A DNA stretch of 36,721 nucleotides from Squatina squatina (lineage: Eukaryota): positions 11,475,793 through 11,512,513 of the forward strand of contig JARFOE010000192.1 in NCBI GenBank assembly GCA_031763465.1. The letters run 5' to 3'. Under the pieces are notes generated by a model, which was not told where the DNA came from, did not search any database, and was given only the letters and a program-made list of their open reading frames with translations. Positions 21,904-34,619 of this stretch are shown one piece after another (the first letter of the stretch is position 1; every line of letters starts with the position of its first letter). Position numbers and translations under genes: made by a program.

Positions 21904-24900
21904 NNNNNNNNNNNNNNNNNNNNNNNNNNNNNNNNNNNNNNNNNNNNNNNNNNNNNNNNNNNNNNNNNNNNNNNNNNNNNNNNNNNNNNNNNNNNNNNNN
22001 NNNCTTAATTTGAACTTAGAACTGGATGTGGACAGTAAAGCATATCAGCCTAGATATGATTGTTGGCAATATTAGCAGACTTAAAGCATTTGTACAACAC
22101 TTCCCTGAACACAAATTGAGCACAGATTTTAACCTATTTGTTTTGAATGGGTTAGTGTCTCCACTAAAATAACAGGCAAAAGAATGTCATACAGATGCGT
22201 TAAGCATTTATCTGCTAATATTGCTAACAGCCATTTCTAGGCTATAGTGAAAGAATGTTAAGAATGTAAATAGAGTTAGGCACCCACAGATTGAAAGCAT
22301 ATTAAATATTTAAGTAATACTGCCAGTTCCTGGGCCACTGCACTGCCAAGCAATTTGAGTAGATAAGTTTCTGCCCACAAAATTGTACTAACATTCATTT
22401 TATATGAAACAAGGCTGAATTTATTTTTGGTAGAAGACATATATCTGCAACTAATAAAAACTCAGCAGGAACAAGTATTTTACAATGCTAACAAGGAAGA
22501 CTAGAATTATTGCCTGTTTTTAAAAACACAATATCAAAAGAAACTAGAAATAAAACTGCAATAATGGAAGCATTCAGAAATAATACTCGTGCAATGCTAT
22601 TTTTTTCTTTAAAAAGCAGCTATTGGGAGCGTCTAGAGGAGCCATTCTGAATAATTTTCAAGTCTTCCAGATGAAACTTAAAACACATCATTCACACGAC
22701 TAAAGTACTGAGCTTTAACTGGATGAAGAAACATGTATCCAAACCAATATATTACATCACTTATTTTACAGTCCCTTTATTATTTCTTAATTATCAAAGA
22801 GGCTGATTTCTGCAGTGCTGAAAGCAACTTTGGTGTTGAAAGCAACTGGGTCAAGGGACTCATTCATTTGTTTTATAAACCTCATCCTCTTGCTCCATAT
22901 AAGTTTCCCAGTTTTACAGTAAATTTCTTCACAAATTTCTAAAATCTCCAATAGTCTAGACACAGAACATCAAAAAGGAGCCTTGTTGTTTGTCAACAGT
23001 AACAATTTGATCACTGGACCAGTAACAGAGTTCAGAGATAAATTACATAGCTTTTCATTGATTACTCTAACAGCATTAACTTTTCTTCANNNNNNNNNNN
23101 NNNNNNNNNNNNNNNNNNNNNNNNNNNNNNNNNNNNNNNNNNNNNNNNNNNNNNNNNNNNNNNNNNNNNNNNNNNNNNNNNNNNNNNNNACAGGGGGGGG
23201 GGCGGGGGGGGGGGAGCATGAGTCCCAGCCACTACTGAATTGTAACTGCATTATTGCACTAGGATCCGGTCTAGGATCAATGCTTAACGTAATGAAGGGC
23301 GAATAAACATGGACACACCAGATAAATCCCCCCAACTGGTCTTTTCCACCTGTGTGCTAGATAGCATGGAACATTTCGTTTCAGACTTTTTAAAGCCAGT
23401 GCTCCAAAGTACGTTGGATTGAAATGACTCCGGCCCTCTTCCCATCAAATATTGTTCTTAATGTATTACTAACTATAGTGAGTCCTGTTCTGAAGGCCCA
23501 TGAGATCATTCCCTGAGGTGGTGATTATAGATAAGTTTCAATGTACAGATTTGCCTTTTTCAAACTCTTTTGTTTTAAGTGTTGTGTTTTAAAGATTATT
23601 GTGCTTAAGGCTTTTACTCATACACTGCTTATGTTTATCAGAAGTATTTGAGATATCAGATTCCATAATCCCTTGTGGAACTTGATCTCATTTCATTATC
23701 TGATGAAACAGATGATCACAATACCACTGGATTAACTGCCTTTCCTCCTGGTGCCTTGCATCCTGATATTTCTAATCACAGGGACTTAAGAATCTATTAC
23801 TGGATAAGAATCCAGCTGCAATTTGGTCCCAGAGAAGCTCAGCAAATAGGAGAATGCAGGTGAGTTAAAAACAGAATAATGGGAGGCATTCTACAAGGCA
23901 GTGATGAGGTTTGATAACTTGTCATGTTTGATTNNNNNNNNNNNNNNNNNNNNNNNNNNNNNNNNNNNNNNNNNNNNNNNNNNNNNNNNNNNNNNNNNNN
24001 NNNNNNNNNNNNNNNNNNNNNNNNNNNNNNNNNGCGCAGCCCATTCAAAATTCCACGCATGCGCACTTTTCCCATTAAAAAGCCGGTTGTGCAGGACCTC
24101 AAGCTGTGCGGTGGCATGGCTGCGCAGCTTAGCAGGAGCATTGGAGATGGGGATGTAGCAGAACGTGTCCCCAATAGCTTTCTGCCTCCCCAGATCCAAT
24201 GAAAAATCAGTGCCAGAGGTAGAAAGCCTAGGCTACTGCGTATAGGTAGTTGCTTAGGAATCTCTCTTACATAACGTGTAATGATCATAGTAGTTCACTG
24301 TAGTGAAAATTTATGACACCATTACTCCTCTGATAAAGCTATCAAATTCATTTTTTGGCCTTTTAAAAATCTGGAATGTAAAGATAGTGAAACCAATTGC
24401 AATAACACTTCTGACTTAATCATAATATTAATGCTTCTGAGCAGTGACAGTTTTCTCCAACCCATGTGAGTATTAATAATTTTCAAAAGCTAACAAGCCA
24501 GAATACTTGTGGCATATATTTTAAGGCAGTAATTTATCTTGGGGTTCAGACTGAGTTGCTATTATCAGTTTGGGAAACGCATAGTCTAACTTTTGTGCGG
24601 CTGTCCAGAAATATCTCAGATGCAAATCAGGTGCCAAAAGTCTGTTTTTCATAATCCCAATTTTTCTGCAATTCTCTACCTCATAATACGGAGGGAGTGG
24701 TTACTAAACAACAACTTGTATTTTTATAGTGCCCCTACGCAGGAGGAGCTGGTGACTGGATAGGCGTATGGTAGGAAGGTCTGCTCAGGATCAAGCAGAA
24801 TGGTAAAGTAGCCCATCAGCTGGTACAGTCAAAGTGGGCCACTGGGAAGAGTGAAGGGGCGAATGATTAATAACAGAGTGAGCAGTTGCCAATAGCAACA

Positions 24901-25242
24901 CAGCTGCAGAACATCGCAAAAGGTCTGCGAGTCTGCCAAAGTCCTTTTAGTGAAGAGAGTCTTGAAAAGAGCAAAATAGCCTTGTGAGCATTCGAAAATA
25001 AATTCTACAACATTAATAGTGTGGAATGCATTTACTGTCCATTTACGACTGATTTACTAATAATAAAGCTGCAAAATAAAAAGTCTTCTTTCAAGCCCCT
25101 GAACAAAGTATGTTTTACTCTACTTTGTGCTTTCATAGGTAAAGCGAAAAATAGATAAATCAAACATGAATGTCATTATTTTGCATCCCTAATAAGATCC
25201 TGAAAACACAAGAGATGTATCATTAGTAAGCTCGACAAGAGA

Positions 25243-25298
25243 ACCATAGAATCGTACAACACAGAAGGAGGCCATTTGGCCCATCGAGATTGTGCTGG
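25243..25298 (-). mobile_element. Short CR1-type 3' tail
   Basis: The reverse complement reads gatgggccaaatggcctccttctgtgttgtacgattctatggttct. Confidence 0.75.
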
Positions 25299-27261
25299 TA
25301 TGCTCACAACTTTGTGTAAATATATATTTCATTAATTTTGATTTATCTGTTGCAACCAAGCTAGGTGAGCCCCCTCATATTCTCATACAGAAGGTAGTCA
25401 TTGTATTGAATTTGTAGCCCAATCCACTTTTTCAGTTTGTGGCATCAGTGGATAATGTGTGGACCAGTGGTCTAAGTTTACTTTAATCTTTTAATTTCTT
25501 CCTGTACCACACACCAGTTGTTATTTGTGGGGAGCAGATAGTTAACCTGCTGCCAGCCTTTTACCCATATCGCTCTTGTTTTAGCTGTTTGTAGGTGCAT
25601 GATAGCTGCTAGGGTGACTTACCATTTGATTTCCACTTTTTGTCTGACAGCTTCTTATTGTGGAACAGCATTTGAGAAGATTAGAAAACTACCTGTCAAC
25701 AACAAAAAAAGATGCTTGCACTATTGGTGTTTCCTTGCTGATCTTGAAATTGAAAGCAAAAATAAATCAATATTGTTAACAACATAGAGGAGTAGAAGAA
25801 GTAATAGATCTGAATTGCTCTCAGTCTGCAGACATTGGTCATCCCAGACTTGATCATACTTTTCCAAAACCCACAATTATGATTAGTCCGGCAGTACCAG
25901 AAAATTGCAAATAATTATATTTTATACAAACCAGCATTTCTTTGAGATTCATTATTTTGGTAACCATGAATTGTGTCACCTTCAGCCATTGGAATTGTAA
26001 TGGTTTATTTTTAAATTGCTGTAGGTGGAGGCGGCATAGTTGGCATTAATGCCACCACTTTATAATCTTCACTTCTGGAATAATATGTGATTTGCACCTT
26101 TTGTGTTGACGCATGAATTAAACAATACACAACATTAGCTTTGTAGCTGTCATTTTTTTATGGAATTTGTGTCGGCTATAAATCTACATTGATTTATTTT
26201 TGACCAACAATCAAAATCAACTAATGTAATGATGTAAAACATCCATCGTCGTGTCGTTTACACATGACGCCCTTTTGATGTAAATGACACATGGCTGTTT
26301 TAGCTCCTTTCACTCTCCAAATAAAAACATTTTTGCCAGAATTTTTTTATATCAAGACATTGCCTCTGGAGAGAACTATTCTTTCTGCAATGACTGCACT
26401 GCATTAACAGTACTTGGAAGGTCTTTTAATACTTTTTAGCAACTTCCACACATGATCTTCAGTTACCTCAATTGTTTTTTAGCTGAGACTGGTGCTAGAT
26501 TAAAAGGCCTGTGTTTGTACATTTCACAGATGGAATGCACCTATAGTGTAGCTCTGTGTATTGTACACAGCCAAGCTCTGTGGCACTCCTTATTTGAGAA
26601 TATTTTCTAAAGCCTCCAGGTGCAACATTTTTCGCACTGGTGAGTTTGAACAACAAATCAGAACTGACGCTCATCCATGACAAAAAGTGATTGATGACTG
26701 AGATAAGATGCTGAATGGGTCAACAGATCCTTCATCTTCAAAACTGTTGGCATTGACAACATGCCAGAATATTTTTTCCAAGGTCCTAAATCTGAATAAG
26801 ACATTCAGGATTTTAACATTCCTCTATTATTTTAGCAGGGGCAGTAACCCATTTAAAATAGTTACAGCGAGAAATTGCGTAGCGTCCCATTTGGGGCGAT
26901 AACTTTTGCGGGAGTGCAAAAGTATCGCTGGGCGTTACACAATCGAATACATTGCACACTTCCGGTCAAGCGGTCCAGGAGGGCAGTGGAACGCTAAATC
27001 AAGTACTACCACTNNNNNNNNNNNNNNNNNNNNNNNNNNNNNNNNNNNNNNNNNNNNNNNNNNNNNNNNNNNNNNNNNNNNNNNNNNNNNNNNNNNNNNN
27101 NNNNNNNNNNNNNATCCTAGAACATGCCATTCTGGGTTGATGTTTCAGTAACACTGTTTGCTTTTGCCTAATGTCCGTCAGTGTGTTATGTGTAGAATTA
27201 AGTACATATCTGGAGCAATCAACTATGGGCTCAAATGCATCTTTGTGCCTCGTACACTCAC

Positions 27262-27372
27262 ATCAGAATTAAATCTTAGCTGGCAGATGTTGCATGAAAT
27301 GACTTGTTTTCTTCTTGGAGGAAGAGGAACCCCGAACGTGTGATTTATCACTGCTTTCTGAACTGGGTCCAT
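27262..27372 (-). CDS. ZNF385D: ZNF385D coding exon 3 (111 nt): [37 protein letters not shown], first half of zinc finger 1
   Basis: Acceptor ctttttcacag, donor GAT|gtgagt, phase 0-0. Contains the CxxC of a matrin-type finger and the ZNF385 family MDPxQKAV motif. Confidence 0.97.
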
Positions 27373-28838
27373 CTGTGAAAAAGGACAAGAAATTCAATTA
27401 GATTTCTTTCTCTCCTTCAAAGGTCACAGCTTGACTTACTAAATGTTGTTGTGTATTTTTAAGATGTTTATTTGCTGCATGTTTTTTCCCCTCTCTAGAT
27501 GATCTTCTCTTGTCACGTAGCAAACCTGACTCTCCAGATGGACAAGTGAGTTGCTTTTAGGCTTCTGCCAGTACTGCTGAACTGGCTGTTTGAAAAGCAA
27601 TCTGGGTTGACTATTCTTCCCGCCCTCCCTCTAGGAAAGTGTCTGGTCTCTCAGTACCTTCCCATAACAAACTGAGGTGAGGTTTCTATGTATGGAACTG
27701 TCGGCCTGGACCTGTGTATTAACATTCTTACACAGTTGGTTGGTATTCCATAATCTAGATTATGCTGTGCCTGATATTCTTGGCTCCAAGAAGTGCTTTA
27801 AATCCACAAGGATAGCTGAAATGTGTGTAATTGTAACATAATAGCCTATTATGGTGGTCAAAGTTTAAGATAGAAGGCTCCTCTGGCACAGCAGTTCTTT
27901 TTAATGTTAACTTCTTAAGCTTCAGAATTGGTCAAGTTGATGTGCTCACAGATAAGTAGCTTCAACAATGAAACGCTGACTGTTTGGTTNNNNNNNNNNN
28001 NNNNNNNNNNNNNNNNNNNNNNNNNNNNNNNNNNNNNNNNNNNNNNNNNNNNNNNNNNNNNNNNNNNNNNNNNNNNNNNNNNNNNNNNNCATTAATGATG
28101 GTAAAGGAAAGCCGCACATGTTTTTAATAAGCATGATTTACATTTCTGTTATTTATCAAAATCTTGTACATAAATAACTTTGCAGTGACATCATGTATTT
28201 AAGTGACTGCCATAGAATAATAAGAAAAACATGTTTCCCTTCTTTAATCTGTAAGCTGTTGATGGCAGTAAAATGAAAATATCAACACAGATGCCTAAAA
28301 TATTATTACTGCATATGCCCATTTGGCACCTTGTGACATATGACAGTTTACCATGAAAATATATATTTTTCACATGTATATTAAATGTTCTGAAGCAGTA
28401 ACTGTAAGAATTTGTGTACTTTAGAAGGTACGCGTTTGTGTCAGAGTGAAATCTGCTGCTGATGTAAATGCCTTTGATGTACAGGAAAACAGCTTGTGTG
28501 CATAACATTGCTCTGTAGTGAGACACATTATTGGGTTTTTCCTTGCATTCATTTTGCCTAAGTATAGTTTAACAGTTACCATTCTGAGGTTTATGGAGAC
28601 AAATATCACAAGCAATGATTTTAAAATTCAAAACTAAGTACATTTATACACCTGTTAATTATAACACTGAGAAGACACATTTCAGTTAACAGGAATCATA
28701 AGTATTGCAAAATCACAGCTTACAATGAATTTTGCAACNNNNNNNNNNNNNNNNNNNNNNNNNNNNNNNNNNNNNNNNNNNNNNNNNNNNNNNNNNNNNN
28801 NNNNNNNNNNNNNNNNNNNNNNNNNNNNNNNNNNNNNN

Positions 28839-29365
28839 ACTACACTTCCTCCCACCTCGCTTCCTGTAAGGACTCCATTCCATTCTCCCAGTTCCGTCGC
28901 CTCCGTTGCATATATTCTGACCACAGCACCTTCCATGGTAGTGCTTCCAATATGTCTTCCTTTCTCCTCAATCGTGGATTTCCCTCTACCGTGGTTGACA
29001 TGTCCCTCAACCGTGTCCGTTCTATTTCCCACACTTCTGCTCTCATCCTTTCCCCTCCCTTCCAGAACCATGATAGGGTTCACCTTGTCTTCACCTTTCA
29101 CCCCACCAGCATCCACGTTCAACGGATCATTCGCCGCCAAATTCCACCACCTCCAGCGTGATCCCACTACCAAACACATCTTTCCCTCCCCTTTCAGCAT
29201 TCCGAAGGGACCACTCCCTCTGTGACACTCTGGTCCACACCTCCATCATCCCTAGCACCTGCTCCCTTTCCCACAGCTCCTTCCCTGCCCTTTTATGTCC
29301 TCCCTTCCCATTGTCCAGGGCCCCAGACACTCCTTCCAGGTGAAACAATGATTTGCTTGTATTTC
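28839..29365 (+). mobile_element. Penelope-like element fragment (RT C-terminus/linker to start of GIY-YIG endonuclease)
   Basis: Frameshifted SSFLLNRGFPSTVVD...DRVHLVFTFHPTSIHVQRII / FHHLQRDPTTKHIFP / LSAFRRDHSLCDTLVH / QGPRHSFQVKQ motifs are typical of vertebrate Penelope ORFs. Confidence 0.85.
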
Positions 29366-29804
29366 NNNNNNNNNNNNNNNNNNNNNNNNNNNNNNNNNNN
29401 NNNNNNNNNNNNNNNNNNNNNNNNNNNNNNNNNNNNNNNNNNNNNNNNNNNNNNNNNNNNNNNNNCAGGAGAGGGAATGGCAATAGCTTCTAAAATCAGG
29501 CAAGGACAACAGCAGCACAAAGGAGGTTTAACTGTGTTGGGATTAATAACCAAATTTCCATCAAACACCATATTGTAGCATTGAGTTGTCTGCATGAGGA
29601 GTTCAAGACTATATTTTCTTAACAGTTACATCCAAATTATCATTATAGGAACTGATCTACATATATCATTTGAAAAACATGTGCTTTTGTGACTATACAA
29701 TTAAGGGATTTTTGTTGCACCAGATTAGTATCATGGTGATAAAGCTAATTCTGACATTCAATTAGCTTCACACAATGTACAAGCAATCTGAGATGTGGTG
29801 AGTG

Positions 29805-30026
29805 CAGCGTGCTTGGAAGAGAAAAGGTAACTTTGAACCTGTGGTTCCCAATGACCTCCACCACTGGGGTTTTCCTTGCCTCATGTCTGGGTCTGTTGTA
29901 GAATCAGTGATAGAGATTGATTGCTATCGTTAGTCAACAACTCCATTGTCATGGAGTGACTGCTGGGATGATAGAAGGTGAACTGGATGGACCTTGGACT
30001 TAAATTGTCTACCAATTTCTATGTTC
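29805..30026 (+). mobile_element. CR1-family 3' UTR fragment
   Basis: Ends gatagaaggtgaactggatggaccttgg...caatttctatgttc, a CR1-type terminal hairpin and ttctatg tail. Confidence 0.65.
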
Positions 30027-31964
30027 ATTATTGTAAGGCACCATCTAATTGGAATTAAAGTAGTTAAAAAGGGACATGTTATCCACCCAGTGGATCTCAT
30101 TGTTGAGCCGCAACTCCGCGCTTTGAATTACATAAAGATGGTGGCCCAATTGGAAGGTATCTGCCACATTTAAACTTAAAATCAATTTTATGTGCAAAGA
30201 AAATGTTGTGGTCACATGAGTACTTAAAGATAAGGCCATTTTTACAGCTTTCTTTAAATAAAAGAAAGACAAAGATGACTTGTGAAGCTATGGGTAATAT
30301 CTTCGAAAGAACCTGGCAAAATTTCATACCTGAAAGACTGATTAGCGAAATAGGTTCTAACTTATTTAAAGGTAGGCTAGAATGATGTTCAATATGTCTA
30401 TTATTTTGTCATGAAATCAACCCTCTCTCAATGCTTTGTGATGTGGAAATCACAATGACATCTTTTGACAACAACTGTCATCCCTGTAACCTACAGTCAA
30501 TGCACAGGGGTCTGTGAAGGGCACTGAAAGCACCAAGGACAAGCGTATTAACACACCACAAGTAGCATGTATACCTAATGGCACTCAATTACTATGCAAA
30601 TACCCCATAATTACACTCATCAAAAGTGAAGCGGAGAACCAGTTAGTGAAGCAGCTTCCATGCATTGAAGAAACGGTCGCAGCTCTCAACTGTATTATAA
30701 AAACAAAACAGTCTGCCAAGAGCTCAGACTGCCCACCATAGAGTCAAATGTACAAGTGTCTAAAAACAAATGCTTTTGAATAATGTAACATGAACTGCTC
30801 TAGTGATCAATTCAAAGATCTTGGAAAGATTTTTTTCTCTTGCTGCCAATTATAAGATCGTGCTTCTCCATCAAAGACTAATCAAGCAAGTTAATGATGC
30901 AAAAAATTACATTTATAATCCAGGTTTAATACAGCTGTACTGCAAGCTAGGTATAAGTGCCACTCTGCTAAATGATATTAATGGCCTGTCCTTGACAATC
31001 TTCATGTCTATCATTTAACATTGAGTTGCATGGTTTTCCAGATTTCAGTTCCACGATAAGAAAATGGAATGAACACTAAGAATGACGTGTCCTTTGAGTC
31101 ACTTTTGAATTTTGTACCACAATTAGACAATAATGAATTTGAAGTTGTGTGAACATCAATGGTTTCACCACATCGCTGACAATTTGGGCACGAGACAAAG
31201 CACATTTTCAGTCACTAATGAAGTAAACCTTTCAAATCCATTCTTACCATTGCATCATCTTTTAATTTTTCAAATGATACTTGGCAGATAATGAAAGAAA
31301 TACATTAAAACATAAATTAAAAATCACAGGGTTTCAAACGAGAATGACTGTCAGGCACAGTAACAGAATATCATCTTAGAAAGAGCAGCTGCTAAGTCTT
31401 TAAATGATTACAAGAAGATGCTGCATGGTTAGTAACCCACCCCTTTTACAATGCCATTGAGAAAATCACAGCTATAGTCGTGCTTATCCTGCACATCTAT
31501 CCAGAGTTTACATAATGATAATCAGCTTGACATGTATTTATAGATAGATTTTATTCTCTTTTCTTGTCATAAGTTTAATTTTGTTGCTTCCTTTTCTTTT
31601 AATTTTCAGGGTTGATGCAAAATATTTCTGTAACCTTTCTGGTTTGTGGATTAAACAGTGGCATTTGGTGACTTCAGGCAATGAAACCCTCAATGTCAGC
31701 TCAATCGAGCATGCACTATCATNNNNNNNNNNNNNNNNNNNNNNNNNNNNNNNNNNNNNNNNNNNNNNNNNNNNNNNNNNNNNNNNNNNNNNNNNNNNNN
31801 NNNNNNNNNNNNNNNNNNNNNNATGGAAATATTCGAAAGAACTCATCATGCACTGGGACCATCCCTTTCTCTGTCTGAAATATTAAAGCAGGCACCGGAA
31901 TATTTTCACGACCCCCTCAAAGTTAGTTCTGTTCAACAACAGAGAATAGAAACCAAGAACTCAC

Positions 31965-32107
31965 CGCGTTAAAATTGGGGAAAAGGCTGACCGCAGCAGC
32001 AGTGTCCAGTGGGAATGGAAGAAATGGTTTAACATCCAAGGCCGGCTGCATAGCTGGAACTGGCGGCCGCATTAAGGCAGGAAGCGCATTGCTTTGGCAT
32101 GTGCCGC
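31965..32107 (-). CDS. ZNF385D: ZNF385D coding exon 2 (143 nt): (G)GTCQSNALPALMRPPVPAMQPALDVKPFLPFPLDTAAAVSLFPNFNA
   Basis: Acceptor ttctcttctctacag, donor GCG|gtgagt. Open frame, phase 1 to phase 0. Strong similarity to the ZNF385D N-terminal region. Confidence 0.95.
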
Positions 32108-33527
32108 CTGTAGAGAAGAGAAATAAGTCAACGTTTACTTTGGTACGCTCACGTGTTGTGTTATTTTTGCATTCCGTCTCAGACTAAAGACAGCAGCCAA
32201 AACTGGAAGAAAACTAACTGTTTAAGCAACCCACTTTAAAAGCACACCATGACAATCTCATTGCAGTTATCAACAGCACCATAGAATGAATAATAGCACT
32301 GACAGACTTCCATTGCTGATTAATGCATGGACCAGAGGAAAATAAAATATTTTGGATGGTTGTGCTCAGAGGAGCGTAACTCATTCAAGGTATACTGACA
32401 GACAAGCTGATCTCTGCTGATAAAGCTACGCAGGCTGCTCACTACCCTGGGGTGAGTTCAAATCTGAAAGTAGGAGCGATTCCAAGTCTCTGATGATTCA
32501 ACTGAAATGAGATTTTACAGTCTGTGAGGGAAGTATGCAAATGAGCAGGAAATCACAATACATACTAATGAGCAGCAGTGTGTTTACATACCACTGCAAA
32601 CCCGTAAATGTGTTTGCTTCTTGCCACAAGGCACTGTACTGTCAGCTGCCAAGAATATAAAATGGTTACAGACCTAAATAACACGGTGGTTTCAATTATT
32701 TCCCAAAGTATTGTTGTTTTAATATTAATTGAAAACTGAGTCAAAGGAATGGTTTTAAAGAAAAATAACTGTACAGGTTAACAACATTCATTTCTGGGAT
32801 GTATGCACTGGACTGTAAAAAAATGCTGGTTGCTTTTCAAGAGATATTAAAATTGAAATGTGATTTTTTTTTTGCCACAACACATGGCTCAGATGTAAGA
32901 CAACAATTTGGCCAGCTGACTTCACTTTGTTTTTTTTCCCTCCTAGTGATTTTGATTAGTATAAATAGCATGTTTGCTGCATGTTCAGACACGTAGCNNN
33001 NNNNNNNNNNNNNNNNNNNNNNNNNNNNNNNNNNNNNNNNNNNNNNNNNNNNNNNNNNNNNNNNNNNNNNNNNNNNNNNNNNNNNNNNNNNNNNNNNTTT
33101 TTATAATAAAAAATAACAATTACTTTGCATTAAAACCTTTTATTACATCCGAAGAAATTGCAAAACTCTCTGTATTTGGGAGAAAATCACATGGAAAATC
33201 CCAGTTGTCCTAACTGTACCAGTAACAAAATATATAAACAAAGATTAAAATTCCCATGGGAAAGTTCGCAAAAAGGTGAAGCCAAGTTAAACTCCATAAA
33301 TTACTAAAAATAAATGGAATATAATCAAGCCTGCAATGCACTGTCTGGATGTAATCCATTTCAGCTTCACTCTCAAGGTCGTAGGTTCATGTAAACTCTC
33401 GAATATGTCATATCCATTTTCTCCCGTATTTTCTCCGCTATTAAATATTCTTCTCCATTTTCCTAGGGTTTTAATTCCTACCACCTGCTACCTTATTTCA
33501 TTTGTGAGGCAGACCTGTATAATGCAC

Positions 33528-33549
33528 CTCGATGTGTAGTATTTCTCAT
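33528..33549 (-). CDS. ZNF385D: Candidate first coding exon of ZNF385D (MRNTTHR-G, 22 nt)
   Basis: ATG AGA AAT ACT ACA CAT CGA G followed by GT (gtgcat). It ends in phase 1, matching the phase-1 start of the next exon. It has the same MRN....G shape and length as the recalled human N-terminus MRNIMYFG. The donor is weak and the match is short. Confidence 0.55.
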
Positions 33550-34568
33550 TCTTACAATAAGGAACAGATTACACTGTTGGTTATATATTATTTTCATGTT
33601 ATATGATGTAAAATGTTAGTCCAGATTCACCGCTAACATGCTAATGCGCGCACGACTCCCTGAAGGATAACAGATGGCTAGCAGTGGGGTTAAGGCAGTA
33701 ATATAATTGAGCAGATCAGATTGCTGTAAACTGCAACAGAAAAACACAAAGCTTTGTGACTGTCAGAGAATCAGTGAGGTTGAATTACTGCTTTAAACTC
33801 ACTGCTGGACACTTGCTACTCTACAATCTACAGTTAATAAAAAATAATTATCTATGCCGAACTTCATACAAATGATTTATGAAGGTGAACAGTAACAAAA
33901 GGGCATTCATGTGTGAATTGACTTAAATTAGATCACATTTGACCACATAACAAGAGTCACTGCACTCCAGAATTCATTGAGACATTTTGATGTGATAAGG
34001 TTTTCTGGAAATGTAAGCATTATTAAGGTGTCATAACTTCCACATCTATGGCACAGTTTAGTATTTCCAGGTTCTTTTTGCCACTTGGCTTCTGGAGAAA
34101 GGATTTGGCGGTCTTCAATAAAGTTAGTCATGTGGCTCCCTACTGATCCTGCCTCTTTCCACTCTGGCACTAGGGGGTCCCTATTAAGATCAAAGGTCAT
34201 TGGTATATCACTGTTCCTTACATCCTGAGACTGTGCTATGCTAAGTACAAATATTTGAGTTAAAAGTAACTGCATATCTAGTTACCAACAATACAAACAC
34301 CTCCCCTAGGCTGTGTGCACACAAACTTTGAAGAGGAAGAGGACTGCTTATTACCTATAAGGTAATTAGAAATATTAATGAGTAAAGGTCTATCCTACTT
34401 CAAGAAGTTGCCATGTGAACACAAGTAAATAAGAAGTTTTTTTAGCAAAAGAAAAAATCCACTTAGCCNNNNNNNNNNNNNNNNNNNNNNNNNNNNNNNN
34501 NNNNNNNNNNNNNNNNNNNNNNNNNNNNNNNNNNNNNNNNNNNNNNNNNNNNNNNNNNNNNNNNNNNN

Positions 34569-34619
34569 CTTGAGTCATTTCACTACGTTAAAGGCGCTAT
34601 ATAACTGCAAGTTGTTATT
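34569..34619 (+). mobile_element. L2-clade LINE 3' tail
   Basis: actacgttaaaggcgctatataactgcaagttgtt is near-identical to 4644-4679. Confidence 0.85.

Larger units (their letters stand above)
14578..33549 (-). other. ZNF385D: ZNF385D gene span (stop codon to candidate start codon), zinc finger protein 385D
   Basis: Colinear exons translate to GGTCQSNALPALMRPP...NFNA / [14 protein letters not shown]...[11 protein letters not shown] / SQAGAHYKGTKH... / GSKHKTMLEARNG...CEICDVHVNSETQLKQ / HISSRRHKDRAAGKPPKPKYSPY... / ...PGPIRAAHTPVLFAPY*. This matches vertebrate ZNF385D as recalled. The N-terminal and exon-4 sequences favour paralog D over A/B/C. The upper bound depends on the tentative first exon. 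Confidence 0.93.

Noticed and set aside
23193-23214. G10-C-G11 run as a functional G-quadruplex
   Set aside because: It sits at a contig edge where homopolymer sequencing problems are likely, and nothing else supports function.
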